From Eledone cirrhosa (Eukaryota), in NCBI GenBank assembly GCA_964016885.1, contig OZ024744.1:69688001-69752000 (forward strand): a DNA stretch of 64,000 bases. The letters are read 5' to 3'. The notes below the pieces were generated by a model that was given only the letters and a program-made list of their open reading frames with translations, was not told where the DNA came from and did not search any database. The translations under genes and the position numbers were made by a program. Of the stretch, positions 39,757-53,109 are shown one piece after another (position 1 is the first letter of the stretch; each line of letters begins with the position of its first letter).

Positions 39757-40993
39757 CTGTATGTGCTGACACTAGAGCCGTTACTGCGGAAGTAGGAGGT
39801 GTTTCGGGGCATCCTGCTCTAACCGGGGCGTGGAATGACTGTGTCGGTATATGCGGATGACGTCACCGTGATGATGTCAAACACATTGGATGTAGAGATG
39901 ATTGGCAACTTCTTATACGAACATTGCCGGGAGCCAACATCAACCCACACAAGTTGATGGGTTCGCGGCTTCGTACCTGGAGAGGCAAATTCATCCGTTC
40001 AACAGCGTCGTGGAACGCTGGACAGACATACCGCCGGTCAATTTGCTTGGAATTTGGTTCGGTCCGAACTCCCATGTGGATAGGAACTGGGACGAGGTAA
40101 TGAGCAGAGCGGGCACCCTTATCCAGAATTGAGTCAAGTGGAAGTTATCCCTGAAAGATCGGGTGGTGGCGGCGAACGCGTACATTGCTTCTGTCTTCTA
40201 TTACCACCTGAACCTTGTGCCTTGTCCTAGACCGCGCCTTAATAGATAAGAGGGCCTGCTCTTTCACTTCTTGTGGAAAGAACAGATTCCACTGGCCAGG
40301 CGGTTTATCTGCTACCAAAACCCGTTGCGTGGAGGAATGGATATGCCTTAGATCACAGGTTCTCAAACTTTTGGGGCCACCACCCCTCAATGGCCACATT
40401 ATATCCTCAGCGCCCTCAACTCTATTTCTAAAGAGATCTGCCAAATTGTAAATAAAATCGCTAATTTATATATAATAAATAATATAATATATTCTATGTA
40501 TAAATAAATATTATATATTTTTTATATATAATATGTATATTATTATATCATTTCTACCCCTCCACCATCCCCTTAGGCCCCAGTTTCCCCCCTGGACCTT
40601 GTAAACGCCCCTTGAGGGCGGTAGCGACCTCATTAAGAACCACTACCTTAGATGATGCAGAAACATATGTTGGGGGTATGGCATCTCTGGCTATTCCTAA
40701 AAGGTGAACAAGTGTGGTCACCGTTTGTAAGGCACGTCTTTCCGCGACACGTCTCTCTAACAGAACTGCAGTCATGTGTCAAGCATAGACCGAGACTGGG
40801 CGCCACTCACAGCCCTATTCCAATCAGGCAACGCGGTTTGTGGAAATCACGCGTTAACGTTCTATAGAGAACTTATGGCAGGCAAGTGCAATGACGTTCT
40901 CGGAAAGATTTTAGGCATCGACAAGAACGAACTATCTAATCTGTTCCGAAGGACTTTCGGTCCGGGACCTATGATAATTTCCAAAAATTTCTG
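39200..40993 (+). mobile_element. Tx1-like LINE fragment, highly degenerate
   Basis: INLDQSKAF, YADD, LLGIWFGP; interrupted by (CT)n and a hAT MITE. Confidence 0.82.
40354..40645. mobile_element. hAT-type MITE
   Basis: Ends cacaggttctcaaac / attaagaaccacta; perfect 8-bp TSD ccttagat; interrupts the Tx1 copy. Confidence 0.82.
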
Positions 40994-41159
40994 AAGGAAG
41001 AAATCCTACTAGTAGTTAGCGCCACCATACTTTTAACACCTCGGTTCACATGCCTCACTACATTTCTGTTAATTGTCAAAGATATAGTCTGAGATGATTC
41101 TCTACAAGTACTCTGTTACCAGAGAGTCTGCAAGTTCTGCCGTCATCTTCGTCAAGTTA

Positions 41160-41536
41160 TAATTGTTTCTACATTTGGCACAAGGCCAGCAATTACCCCA
41201 GTGCATTACTGGTACTTTATTTTATCGACCCCATAAGGATGAAAGGCAAATTAAAGCTCGACGTGATTTAAACTCAGACCGTAAAGGGACGTAACTATGT
41301 TAGAAAGCATGGCGTCCAACCCTCTACCGATACTGCCAATTCACCGCCCTCAAGATATAATTGTTTCTACTTTTGGCACAAGGCTAGCAATTATCCCAGT
41401 CTATTGCTGGTACTTTATTTTATCGACCCAGCAAAGTTAACCTCGGCGGGATTTTAACTCAGACTATAAAGGGCCGTAACTCTTTGCTGCAAAGCATGGC
41501 GTCCGACCCTCTACCGATACTGCCAATCCACCGCCC
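41160..41536 (-). mobile_element. SINE family A tandem dimer
   Basis: Two full copies separated and flanked by tcaag(a/t)tataatt. Confidence 0.85.
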
Positions 41537-41879
41537 TCAAGATATAATTATATCAGACAAGACAACGAAAATCTCTGCAATCCTATAAACACAGAGTTCC
41601 CTAAACAAGACTTTTTAGAATACCACCTTTTTTAGAAGATATATTTAATCAAGCCCGACCCCTCCCTCAGCCCTGTATAAGCGGCAACTTCCTAAGAGTG
41701 ACACCTTCGTAATTGTAACAGCCTCATAACAGCGACTTCCATACTATTGTAACAGTGACATCACGCTCCGTAATAGTGACACCCTCATGACAACAATACT
41801 CTAGTAATAGTGACACCCTCGTAAAAACATTCTCCTCACCGTAACAGTAACACAACACTCCGTACCAGTGCCTCCCCCT

Positions 41880-44800
41880 CCCCACCGTAACAGTAACAGC
41901 CACTGTAACGGTAACATCTACCGTAACAGTAGCATACAGCGTTACAGTAACAGCCACCGTAGCAGTAACATCTACCGAACCAGTAACATCTACCGTAACA
42001 GTAATAGCCATCGTAACAGTAACATCTACCGTACCAGTAACATCCACCGTAACAGTAACATCTACCGTACCAGTAACATCCACCGTAACAGTAACATCTA
42101 CCGTAACAGTAATAGCCACCGTAACAGTAACATCTACCGTACCAGTAACATCCACTGTAACAGTAACATCTACCGTAACAGTAACATCCACTGTAACAGT
42201 AACATCTACCGTAACAGTAACATCTACCGTAACAGTGACATCCACCGTAACAGTAACATCCACCGTAACAGTAACATCTACCGTAACAGTAACATCTACC
42301 GTAACAGTAACATCCAGGGTAACAGTAACATCTACCGTAACAGTAACATCCACCGTAACAGTAACATTCACCGTAACAGTAACATCCACTGTAACAGTGA
42401 CATCTAGCGTAACAGTAACATACACCGCAACAGTAACAGCCACTGTAACAGTAACATCCACTGTAACAGTAACATACACCGTAACAGTAACATCTACTGT
42501 AACAGTAACAGCCACCGTAACAGTAACATCTACTGTAACAGTAACATCTACCGTAACAGTAACATCCACCGTAACAGTAACAGCCACCGTAACAGTAACA
42601 TCTACCGTAACAGTAACAGCCACTGTAACAGTAACATCCACCGTAACAGTAACATCTACTCTAACAGTAACATCTACCGTAACAGTAACATCCACCGTAA
42701 CAGTAACAGCCACCGTAACAGTAACATCTACCGTAACAGTAACATCCACTGTAACAGTAACATCCACCGTAACAGTAACATCTACTGTAACAGTAACATC
42801 TACCGTAACAGTAACAGCTACCGTAACAGTAACAGCCACCGTAACAGTAACATCCACTGTAACAGTAACATCTACCGTAACAGTAACAGCCACCGTAACA
42901 GTAACAACCACCGTAACAGTAACATCCACCGTAACAGTAACATCCACTGTAACAGTAACATCTACCGTAACAGTAACAGCCACCGTAACAGTAACAGCCA
43001 CCGTAACAGTAACATCCACCGTAACAGTAACATCCACCGTAACAGTAACAGCCACCGTAACAGTAACATCCACCGTAACAGCCACCGTAACAGTAACATC
43101 TACCGTAACAGTAACAACCACCGTAACAGTAACATCTACCGTAACAGTAACATCCACTGTAACAGTAACATCTACCGTAACAGTAACATCTACCGTAACA
43201 GTAACATCTACTGTAACAGTAACATCTACTGTAACAGTGACATCTACCGTAACAGTAACAGCCACCGTAACAGTAACATCTACCGTAACAGTAACATCCA
43301 CCGTAACAGTAACAACCACCGTAACAGTAACATCTACCGTAACAGTAACAGCCACTGTAACAGTAACATCTACTGTAACACTAACATCCACCGTAACAGT
43401 AACATCCACTGTAACAGTAACATCTACTGTAACACTAACATCCACCGTAACAGTAACAGCCACTGTAACAGTAACATCTACCGTAATAGTAACAGCCACC
43501 ATAACAGTAACATCTACCGTAACAGTAGCATCTACCGTAACAGTGACATCCACCGTCACAGTAACATCTACCGTAACAGTAACATCCACTGTGACAGTAA
43601 CAGCCACCGTAACAGTGACATCCGCCGTAACAGTGACATCTACCGTAACAGTAACATCCACCGTAACAGTAACATCCACCGTAACAGTAATAGCCACCGT
43701 AACAGTAACATCCACTGTAACAGTAACATCTACCGTAACAGTTACATCCACTGTGACAGTAACAGCCACCGTAACAGTGACATCCGCCGTAACAGTGACA
43801 TCTACCGTAACAGTAACATCCACCGTAACAGTAACAGCCACCGTAACAGTAACAGCCACCGTAACAGTAACCTCCACCGTTACAGTAACCTCCACCGTAA
43901 CAGTAACATCCACCGTTGCAGTAACATCCTTTCGTAACAGTAACAGCCACCGTAACAGTAACATCCACTGTAACAGTGACATCTACCGTAACAGTAACAT
44001 CTACCGTAACAGTGACATCTACCGTAACAGTAACATCCACCGTAACAGTAACATCCACCGTAACAGTAACATCCACCGTAACAGTAACATCTACCGTAAC
44101 AGTTACATCCACCGTAACAGTAACATCTACCGTAACAGTAACATCCACCGTAACAGTAACAGCCACCGTAACAGTAACATCTACCGTAACAGTTACATCC
44201 ACCGTAACAGTAACATCTACCGTAACAGTAATAGCCACCGTAACAGTAACATCCACCGTAACAGTGACATCTACCGTAACAGTGACATCTACCGTAACAG
44301 TAACAGCCACCGTAACAGTAACATCCACCGTAACAGTTACATCCACTGTGACAGTAACAGCCACCGTAACAGTAACATCCACCGTAACAGTAACATCCAC
44401 CGTAACAGTAACATCCACCGTAACAGTAACATCCACCGTAACAGTAACATCTACCGTAACAGTGACATCTACCGTAACAGTAACATCTACCGTAACAGTA
44501 ACATCCACCGTAACAGCAACATCTACCGTAACAGTGACATCTACCGTAACAGTAACATCCACCGTAACAGTAACATCCACCGTAACAGTAACATCTACCG
44601 TAACAGTGACATCTACCGTAACAGTAACATCTACCGTAACAGTAACATCTACCGTAACAGTAACAGCCACCGTAACAGTAACATCCACCGTTACAGTAAC
44701 ATCCGCCGTAACAGTAACACCCACCGTAACAGTAACGGCCACCGTAACAGTAACATCCACCGTTACAGTAACATCCACCGTAACAGTAACATCCACCGCA

Positions 44801-45145
44801 ACAGTAACATCCACTGTAACAGTAACATCCTCCGTAACAGTAAGATCTACCGTAACAGTAATAGCCACCGTAACAGTAACAGCCACCGTAACAGTAACAT
44901 CTACCGTAACAGTGATATCTATTGTAACTGTAACATCCACTGTAACAGCGACATCCACTGTAACAACGACACCCACCATAACAGTGACATCTACCGTAAC
45001 AGTAACATCCACTGTAACAGTAACATCCTCCGTAACAGTAAGATCTACCGTAACAGTGATATCTATTGTAACTGTAACATCCACTGTAACAGCGACATCC
45101 ACTGTAACAACGACACCCACCATAACAGCAAACCCACCGTAACAG
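41880..45145. repeat. 18-bp satellite (accgtaacagtaacatcy)n with decayed edges
   Basis: Roughly 180 units; 6-bp GTAACA subperiod; 1-bp phase shift near 43930. Confidence 0.97.
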
Positions 45146-46318
45146 CGAGTCCCCTCCCCGTAACAGTGGCCCCCGCCGTAACAGCGAGTCTTTCCCCCGT
45201 AATAGTGACACCCACTATAACGGCAACCCCCTCCATAACAGCGATCGCCAATCCAACCCCTGACAGCAACATCCCCGTAATTTTGACAAAAAGAATTATA
45301 AATTGAAAATAAAATTGTAACTATTTGCTTTTATTTTATTAAAGCGTTCTTTAACAAACTAACTAGGATAAATTATTACAACTAATTTGAATTATTTGCC
45401 CTGTAACTTCCTATAGCCCTTCAAGTATCTCTTGGGAGTCTCTCAGCGCCGCCAAGTGAGTAGTAATGCAAACTTTGGGAATCAGTTTAGTAAACACGTC
45501 GAAATCCTTTTGACTATAAACGTGACCCCGCAAAAAAAGCGAAAATCTATTTTAAAATTGAAATAAACAGCATATGGGAGATGAAACTAAAACTAAAAGC
45601 ACCACCGATAATAAATGGAGCATAAGTTAGGATTTTTTGAAAATATTAAATAAAAACCTTTTTAAACAGGAGAATAAACGCCACATCACGACTCATAACT
45701 CTACACACAACCGAAAAATTGTCATGCTAGACACAACTCACACTCAGATAAGTACTTAGATATTTTGTGTGCAACTTAATAATATGTAACTTAGTAGTAC
45801 ATACAGGAATGGCAAACACATGGTTCTAAAAACCTTCGTTAAGTACAAACCACTACCTCCCTACGGACAACTGATGTTGCACACCAGGCCCGAACACGAA
45901 AGTGCCGAACTACAACTGTCATCGCCTCCATCTCTCTCGCCCTCCCGATCTCTCTGTATTATGAGCAAATGGAGTCCCACCTTCTGGCCGCCCTATGGCC
46001 CCGGCGGACAGAATGGAGAAGGCGTTTCCACAGAGGATGGTAAGGGAGATACGCTGGAAGAGCCATTACATCTCGTGAGGTTCACACCTGCGGTTAGCCA
46101 GCTCACTAGGGCGAAGGACACAAGATGTTTTCACTGCTAGGGGCACGTCCGCAAACCTGTCAGAGAGCGAGCGATACTTGGAGACAATGTCGTTTAATAG
46201 CGTATCTCACACATTTTTCACAATTACTACAACAAATATTTCAACCAGAAGTTTGGGATGTTATCATGTCTTGATACCTTCCAGTTGCTTTCTTTCTTTT
46301 TTTTCTTCAGTGTGTTAA

Positions 46319-46525
46319 CCCTTTACTCTATATTTACTATATTTATTATATTTTCATGGTAAACATTTTATCTCATAATTATCTCTCATAAATCTATGCT
46401 ATTTTGATATTGCTTATTTTGAGAAGAATACCTCGACGTAAGTACAAGCAACCGGTTACAGCCGGTTTGAACAGATAGAGATGAGAGAATTCTGGCCGGA
46501 TATGGCCGGTTTAAATGTTAAAGGG
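46319..46525. mobile_element. piggyBac-like MITE
   Basis: TTAA|CCCTTTA ... TAAAGGG|TTAA. Confidence 0.6.
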
Positions 46526-46844
46526 TTAAACAATTTCCCTATTCTGATGTCTTTTTACAGTTGTTCATGTGTTACATTCGTTGTGCATTAGTCCTGAATG
46601 TTGTCATTCCTCTGCTGCCCACAATTCTCCTTAGAACTCTTCTACGTCTTTTGGGATTACCCTTGCCTCTATTTTATTTCTACTAAGTTTCTGGTAGAAT
46701 CGTTTTGGTTGTGATGAAATAAATGGTTTTGTTCAAAAGACTGTTGGCTTTTTTCATATCCACGGATTCTTTGTACCTTTGCAGGTATTTGTTGTTTTAA
46801 GTATTCTTTAGTTTCATTGATTTCTTGCCATCGGACACAATGCT

Positions 46845-47015
46845 TCGCGGCAGAGATTTACGGCCCTTTACGTTCTGAGTTTAAATCCCGCCGAGGTTAG
46901 CTTTGCCTTTCATCCTTAGCGAGTCGATGAAATAAAGCACCAATGAGTATTGGTGTCGATTTAATCGACTTACGCCATCCCTTCAAATTGCTGGCCTTGT
47001 GGCTAAAGTAGAAAG
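46845..47015 (+). mobile_element. SINE family A
   Basis: Family core. Confidence 0.78.
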
Positions 47016-48839
47016 AGTTATATTGTATTTCTTTAATGTTCTTATTTTTCCCTTTTCCTAGTTGTATTTTTTCCCATTTCATTTAGATTTGATGGGTTTT
47101 TTGTATCTTTGATTTCAATGGTTGTGTGGGTGTTTTTTTTTTGTTTTGTTTTTGTCTTGCTTGTGTAGATCTAAGGGGATACCCACTTTCTTTTGTAACA
47201 GCAGTGACTGCTGCATGAATTATGTTATTTAGACATGCGATACTAATGTTTCTGTTTGTGTTAATTAAATCTACCTTCTCTATTCTGTCCGCCAGGACCG
47301 TGGGGCGGCCAGTGCGTGGGACTCCATTTGCTCATAATAATGAGAGATGGGGAGGCGATGTAATGGAGGCGATATGATGGAGGCGATGACAGTGGGAGTT
47401 CGGCTCCTCTGTATTCGGGCCTGGTGTACGTCTGTGTGTATGTTTACTTCTATTCATTCGATATGACAGTAACAAGTAGTACCAATAAATCACACATTGA
47501 TTCGTATGTAACGATAGTGACTAATGGACGAAAAATAAGCGAGGATAATTACGTCATTTTTATCAATGTTGGTCTAAATGTTGCGTCAAAAATACTAAGA
47601 GCCAATTAAGTCTATGATCATGTTAGCATTTTTTGTAATTGTGGTTATTTCGCCATGGATTATTTTTGTGATGTACATTCTTTCATCCAAAGCTAGATCT
47701 ATTATTTGTAGTTCTTGTGATATTGAATCCCGACTTTAGGGCTTCTTTTTCCTACTCCCTCCTTTTTTTTTTTTTTACTTATTCGCATTGTTTACTGTGT
47801 TGACCCGAATTGCTTTTTATTGGTCAGTATTCTCTAAGTCTTTTCGGATTGAGGTTTGTTACGTTTTACTGTCTACTTTATCTATTTTGGTTATCATGGT
47901 GGTTTAAATTCTTGATATTTCTATTTTTGTTAGTTGTTTTGTGTTCGTTATTTGGGTTTTTGAAGTGTATTCATTCTTTAAGATATTCTATTTCAATTTC
48001 TTACGTTATTTTTGTTTCTAATATATACTTTGTTAGGTTTACTAATCTGTTATGGTCGAGTTTTAAATCAGGCTGTGGGTTATTTTTATCCCAGATATTA
48101 TGTGTATATACTGATATAGTTTCATTGTTAGGGTATAGTGTTACCGTAAAATATGCATATAGAATCGAAACATATTCTCTTCTATGCCTTTTCTATTTTA
48201 TTGTGGCATTTTAGAAGTAAAGTCCTTCATTTAAAATGTGATCAATTTTGCCGGATTTGGGGTGGGGGGGGGGGGTTAAAAACTTTTCTAAGATTGTACG
48301 CTTTTGCACGCATGCATAGTTCTTTGTATTCCCCCCCCCCATAACTCTGTATTTGTATTTCCTCTCTACAGAATTATTATACAGCGTTATTTGTTTTCAG
48401 CGGGATTATTTATTTTATTTTTGTGTTTGTTGTGTTTGAATTTCATTGTATTGTCTTCATAGCCATCTTTCGTTATTCACGCATTTTCACAATATGAACA
48501 TTTAATATTATATCAACAATCAAGACATTTTATAAGTGATTCTTATTTGCATCGATTTTCTTTGTTTCTTTCCCTTCCTTTCAGTTTATTGAATGATACA
48601 ATTAATTCATTATACAAGATTTCACATTATCATGAAAGAACATTGACATTATATAAAATTGGGCAGTATCTAATAAAAACAACACACACTTCTAAAGGGA
48701 ACAGAAAAAGGAAGAAGAAAAAGAAAATGAAAAGAAGAAAAAAAGGAAGGATCAAGGGATGAAAGAAAGGAGAGGGAGAGGGAGGGGGACAGCCCCTACA
48801 CCTCCGTCTGAGTGGTACCTCAGCCGGTTCATTGTTGTT

Positions 48840-49112
48840 TTTCATCCTTACAGGGTCGATAAAATAAAGTACCAGTAATGCACTAGGATAATTGCTGGCC
48901 TTGTGCCAAAAATAGAAACAATTATTTTGAGCTTGTATGACGGTGGATTGGTAGTATCGGTAGAACGCCAGACGCCATACTTTGCAGCATAGAGTTATGG
49001 CCATTTACGTTCTGAGTTTACGGGGTCGATAAAATAAAGTATCAGTAATGATTTAATCGACTTTCCCCTCTCCTAAAAGTGCTGGCCTTGTGCTCATAGT
49101 AGAAACCATTAT
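48840..49112 (+). mobile_element. SINE family A, two partial copies
   Basis: Family core. Confidence 0.75.
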
Positions 49113-49779
49113 TTGGAGCTTGTAAACTCTCCGCTTCAAGGTGCTGTTGCCATTTTTCAGATTGTTGCATTTTTCGCACGTGTTTCCAACGTCAACAAAG
49201 GAATTTACTATGATAGAGATAAGATATATAGTAGAATATAGTTTTGGTAGGTTTTTGCTGGCTCTTGTCTAGTGTATACTTCTTCGGTTATATTTTGTTT
49301 GTTTTCTATTTTGTTTGTTGTTGTTTTTTGTGGGGGAGGGAGTAAATTCACTTTTGTTTTGGCGATGTTGTGTGATTTATTTTCAAATTTTGCGAGGAGC
49401 TTCCTTGTAAGAGTCCATGATGTTATTCAGTCCGAAATCATCATCATCATCATCATCATTATTATTGTTGTTTTATTTCGTTTAGCTCAGTTCTGTTTCT
49501 CTATTGCCGCGTTCAAGGCTTGAATCTAGGGCAATAGATGTTTTCATTGTAGAGAGATAACTCGTCTGAGAATGTGTGCGGTTCCTAGTAGCCCGATCTT
49601 CTGTTGCTCATATTTACTGATCTTGCAGGGAAGGACTCTAGGGTGCAGGCCTGAGGATTTGGGTATTAATCCTAATGCTCTTATTATCACAGGGATAGTG
49701 TTTGTGGGAGCATTAGTCGGGCGATGCGATTGGTGGAAACTCCACCTTGGCGATAGAGAGTTAGTGGAGGGAAAGAGCG

Positions 49780-51405
49780 ACGGCGTCCATGCGTAAAGCC
49801 TAGAGACCGGGTCAGCACTTTAGATAAGCCAAAGTTGACAGGGGTAGGGTCGTCAATAACCGGTGGTGGGGTGGTAGTAAGAGAGTGATTAGAGTAAAAT
49901 AGTTAGTTTTTAGTAAAGGAGTAGCGATAGAATAAAGTAGAAAGGAGGGTGAGTTAATAAGTAAATTAGACAAGACGATTAGAAGTGGTATTGCAACTGA
50001 CGTACTAGCGTCGAGAGTGCCATTAGATCATTTCTTCAATGCGAAACACGAAGGCTGCACTGTCAGAGATAAGGAGCGTACTCTAAGAAACGAGGGAACG
50101 AAAGCTGTTCAATGGGCTTTTGTGGTGGAAGTGCAATGTGGTAACAAAACCATGATTCTGTCTTTATTGGACCGAAACGAGCATGTTCGTCGATTCCAGA
50201 CAGATATATGAGGCTTTTCGCCATCACTTTGCACAACTGTTCGGGAAGAGCGGGGGCGGGGGTCGTAGACAGTAGCGGAGCGGACTTAATTTCATACTTC
50301 GACGGCTTGCCGCAACTCTCAGTGACAGATGCGGAGTACTACGAAAAGCCGATAACAGCCAAGATTCGAGAGCATTTCCAGTTTCGTGAGCCGAAGAGTA
50401 GAAACTGTGATGAGGAAAGACGAGAACAAAAGAGAAGTTTTAGACAACTTCAGCCCCATAACTCTGCTCTACACAAAGTTTAAAGTTTTGACCAAGAGGT
50501 TAGCAAATAGGTTGGCGTCTGTCGCAGAGAGTCCTGGTAAGGGAGACGCAAACTTGCGCACTCCCAACCAGGACTATACACACCAACTTCCACCTCATGT
50601 GATACATCATTGAGAGGGTAGGGTGTAAACCTGGCTTCGATTGGGCTTTGGTCAATTTAGATCAATCGAAAGCTTTCGATAGGTTCGACTATTTATACCT
50701 GCAGGCTGTCCTGTTAGCTTCGGTCTCGTCTTCAGAGGATGGGTCGCTTCAATGCACAGTGGTATCTGCTCTGAGGTCAAATTAAATGGGCACCTTTCGG
50801 AAACGTTTGAGATCGCGCTTAGTCCGTCAGTGGTGTCCAATTCTCCTCCTTTCTGTACGTATTGACTCTCGAGCCTTTACTGCGGAAGCTGAAGCATCCC
50901 ACTCAAACCGTGAGTCAAGCGAACGCCGAGACTGGGAGCTTGACATCTATAATGTTGCCTGGCATGCACTGCCCTCTACTAGTTGGGCAATGCGATCAGT
51001 GGAAATTCTATTCGAGAATTCTATAGAGTTGCGGGCAAGTGCGACGACGTTCTTGGAGAGTCTCGGGGCGTCGACGAAATCAAATTGACCTGTCATTTCT
51101 GGAGGACTTTCAAACTGGGGACTATGGACAACTTTCAGAAATATCTGGTTTTACAGTGCTACCTGAGGGCACTGCCGGTTTGAGATAAACTCTACAAGGA
51201 CGAAAGTACTGTCAGATGAACATGAACGAGGTGCAGGAAAATGGACGAAACCGTTCTGCGCGCAATCGTCTAGTTTCCGTGCGTTACTGACATGTGCAGT
51301 TATGTTAAACAGGTGCTATTGAGTATAAGTCGGATCCAGCTATCGACCGAGTTCATCCTGAAAATCGCCCCATTGCTTTCTTTTGGCCGGGATGGGCTGG
51401 ACATT
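49780..51405 (+). mobile_element. Tx1-like LINE fragment with an internal deletion
   Basis: LDHFFNAKHEGC and NLDQSKAFD; jumps from RT to the 3' domain near 50910. Confidence 0.82.
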
Positions 51406-51442
51406 TTCCACAAACACAATGCAATTTTGTTGCGGGAGATCC

Positions 51443-53090
51443 GTGTCAGCTTAGGCAGACGACGTCACCATGGTGGTGTCGAGCACCAAACACGTCCAAA
51501 TGCTCGGCACCGCTCTCCAGGAATACGAAGCGGTGGCAGGAGCAAAGATAAACCAGGAAAGTCTGTGGGTTTGCAGCTCGGCACCTGGAGAGGCAAGTCC
51601 ATGCCGTCCGATAGCGTCGTGGGCGTTGGACGGACGGACCGGTTAAATTGCTCGGTGTCTGGTTCGGACCGGACCTCCAGATGGAGAAAAACTGGAGCGA
51701 GGTGACGAGCAAGGTGGCCTCCCACACCCAGAAATCGGCCGAGAAGAAGCTGTTCCCTGAAAGGCCCGGTGGAGGTGGCGAATGCGTACATCGCATCCGT
51801 CATCTTCTACCGCCTCACCGCTCTCCCTTGCCCCGGCCCAGCTCTCACTAAAATGGAGCACCTCCTCTTCCGCTTTTTGTGGAAGGGACGCGCTCCTATG
51901 GTCAGACGATCCATCTGTTGTCAACACCCGTTGCGTGGAGGACTGGGCATGCCATGGCTGATAATGCGCAAAGATGCGTTGTGGCTGCGACATCTCTGGT
52001 GCTTCCTTGACGGTGAACAGGTGTGGTCGCCGTTCGCCAGGCACGTTTTCCCATAGCTCGTCTCCTTGACGGAGCTGCAATCCTGGGTCAAGAAAGGACC
52101 GAGGGATAGCGCTTGGAATGTCTCCAGGCGCTCACTGCCCTCTGCCAGCTGGGCACCAGTATCGGTGGAACATCCACCTCGGCGTTCTATAGAGGACTAG
52201 TGCAGGGGAAGAACGACGACGTTCTCGGAGAGATCATAGGCGTCGAAGAATATCAGCTGTTTGCTCTCTTCCGGAGAACTTTCAGCCCAGGGCCTATGGA
52301 TAACTTCCAAAAATCCCTGGCCTAGCGTTGCCGGTTCGAGATAAGCTCTACAGGCATGGAAGTGCCGTCAGCCTAGCCTGTCCGTTTTGCGCGCAGAGCG
52401 ACGAAACCGTCCTGCACGCACTCGTTCAGTGCCCGAGCATTGATGACTTGTGGAGCTATGTCGAACACTTGCTATCGCGAGTAGGACTGATCGGGTTATC
52501 GACTGAGTCTATTGTGTAGATGGTCTCGCCGTCTTCCTTCGAGGAGGAAGGGCAGGCAGTTTTCATCTGCCTGGTAGCCATGGCGAAAGAGATTGTATGG
52601 TGGACAAGGTTGAAAGTGTTAAAGACAGAAACTTTCCTCTTCGGCGAATCCCTAATTAACTTTTTCAAGTTTCACTTAAAGAGGAAAATCAGGGTGGAGA
52701 GGCAAGTGCTGCCTTCTAGCAAGTTTGTTGAAAGGTGGGTGAATGTAGCGAGAATGGTCCGAGTGAACGGGACCGCTCTGAATATACGTCTGTAGTTTGA
52801 GAAATGGAAAAATTGAGAGAGGGCACTTGCCCTGGTGGTCAGGGTGGCCGTGGTTTTTTGTGTGGTTTTCGCCACGAGTAACCCTCGGAGGTTTCCCCCC
52901 TATTGGGGAATTTTTCTATGTTTCAATTTTCATTTTTATTGTTTATATATATGTTTCTATGTCTTTTTTTTTCTTTTCTTATATAAATAATAAAAATATT
53001 TACACGCACAAAACCCACATCGTACCGTCCTGTACCGTCCCCTGCCGTCTGTAATGTTTTTCTTGATGTCAGCCCTTGTCGCCAATAAAG
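51443..53090 (+). mobile_element. Tx1-like LINE 3' part with UTR and poly(A) signal
   Basis: LGVWFGPDLQ, ANAYIASVIFYRL, CPFC..ETVLHALVQC; AATAAA then (TTA)n. Confidence 0.9.
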
Positions 53091-53109
53091 TAATCATTAT
53101 TATTATTAT

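Noticed and set aside
43435-45211. Gly/Cys/Tyr-rich (GCYCYG)n protein ORF
   Set aside because: Alternative frame of the satellite; no unique flanking coding sequence
45820-46160. Host gene ORF (106 aa)
   Set aside because: Ends in a broken CxxC..H knuckle; more likely a decayed LINE ORF1 piece, too weak to call
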